Part shown: positions 63,782-64,000 of the stretch, piece by piece | Layout of the letters: every line of letters begins with the position of its first letter | Position numbering within the stretch: the stretch's first letter is position 1 | From: Octopus sinensis | Taxonomy: Eukaryota | DNA: 64,000 nt | Reading direction: 5' to 3' | Assembly: GCF_006345805.1 (NCBI RefSeq) | Contig: NC_042999.1 | Coordinates: 34,844,001 to 34,908,000, forward strand | Notes under the pieces: model-generated | The model's database searches: none | The model's input: the letters and a program-made list of their open reading frames with translations, nothing else | Told to the model about the DNA's origin: nothing | Translations under genes and position numbers: made by a program

Positions 63782-64000
63782 AACATCAAACAAAATGAGG
63801 ACAAATATCCGTCAAATGTAAATAACGTAAATAATCTCTTATGCTGTTGTTTGTCTTTCCCACTGCCTGGTCTTTCTTTTCCAGTCTTTTTTGGTGATCT
63901 CTTCTACCTCCATTTCTATCACAATATTATTTCTCGACATCTGAAAGTTTCAAGTAACTTTCTATTCCATCGTTTGTTGCGCCTTTGTGCTGATGGGGTG

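Overview
AT-rich, microsatellite-dense eukaryotic DNA that I read as cephalopod (Octopus-like), an inference from the tRNA-derived SINE families and repeat density. I see no convincing intact host gene; the window is a transposon graveyard. The dominant feature is a perfect head-to-tail dimer of a ~6 kb Helitron (15969-21958 and 21959-27913) inserted in a (TA)n tract. The copies carry complementary lesions plus one shared frameshift, and together reconstruct a ~1623-aa RepHel with nine exact 23-aa (STPR-like) N-terminal repeats. The least obvious layer is about a dozen minimal type I hammerhead-ribozyme motifs of Penelope pseudo-LTR type, of several different sequence families and mostly beside (TA)n arrays. 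Three pairs sit in long palindromes or inverted repeats, and a decayed Penelope ORF is also present. Other features: non-autonomous Helitrons sharing the same 3' terminus (one with its empty-site paralogue in the window), a Helentron/HINE end, piggyBac, mariner, maT-like, hAT-MITE, Gypsy, L1/Tx1, R4-like and RTE relics, an orphan 28S rDNA fragment, and a long-TIR element carrying telomere-like repeats. All calls were made by eye; no searches were run.
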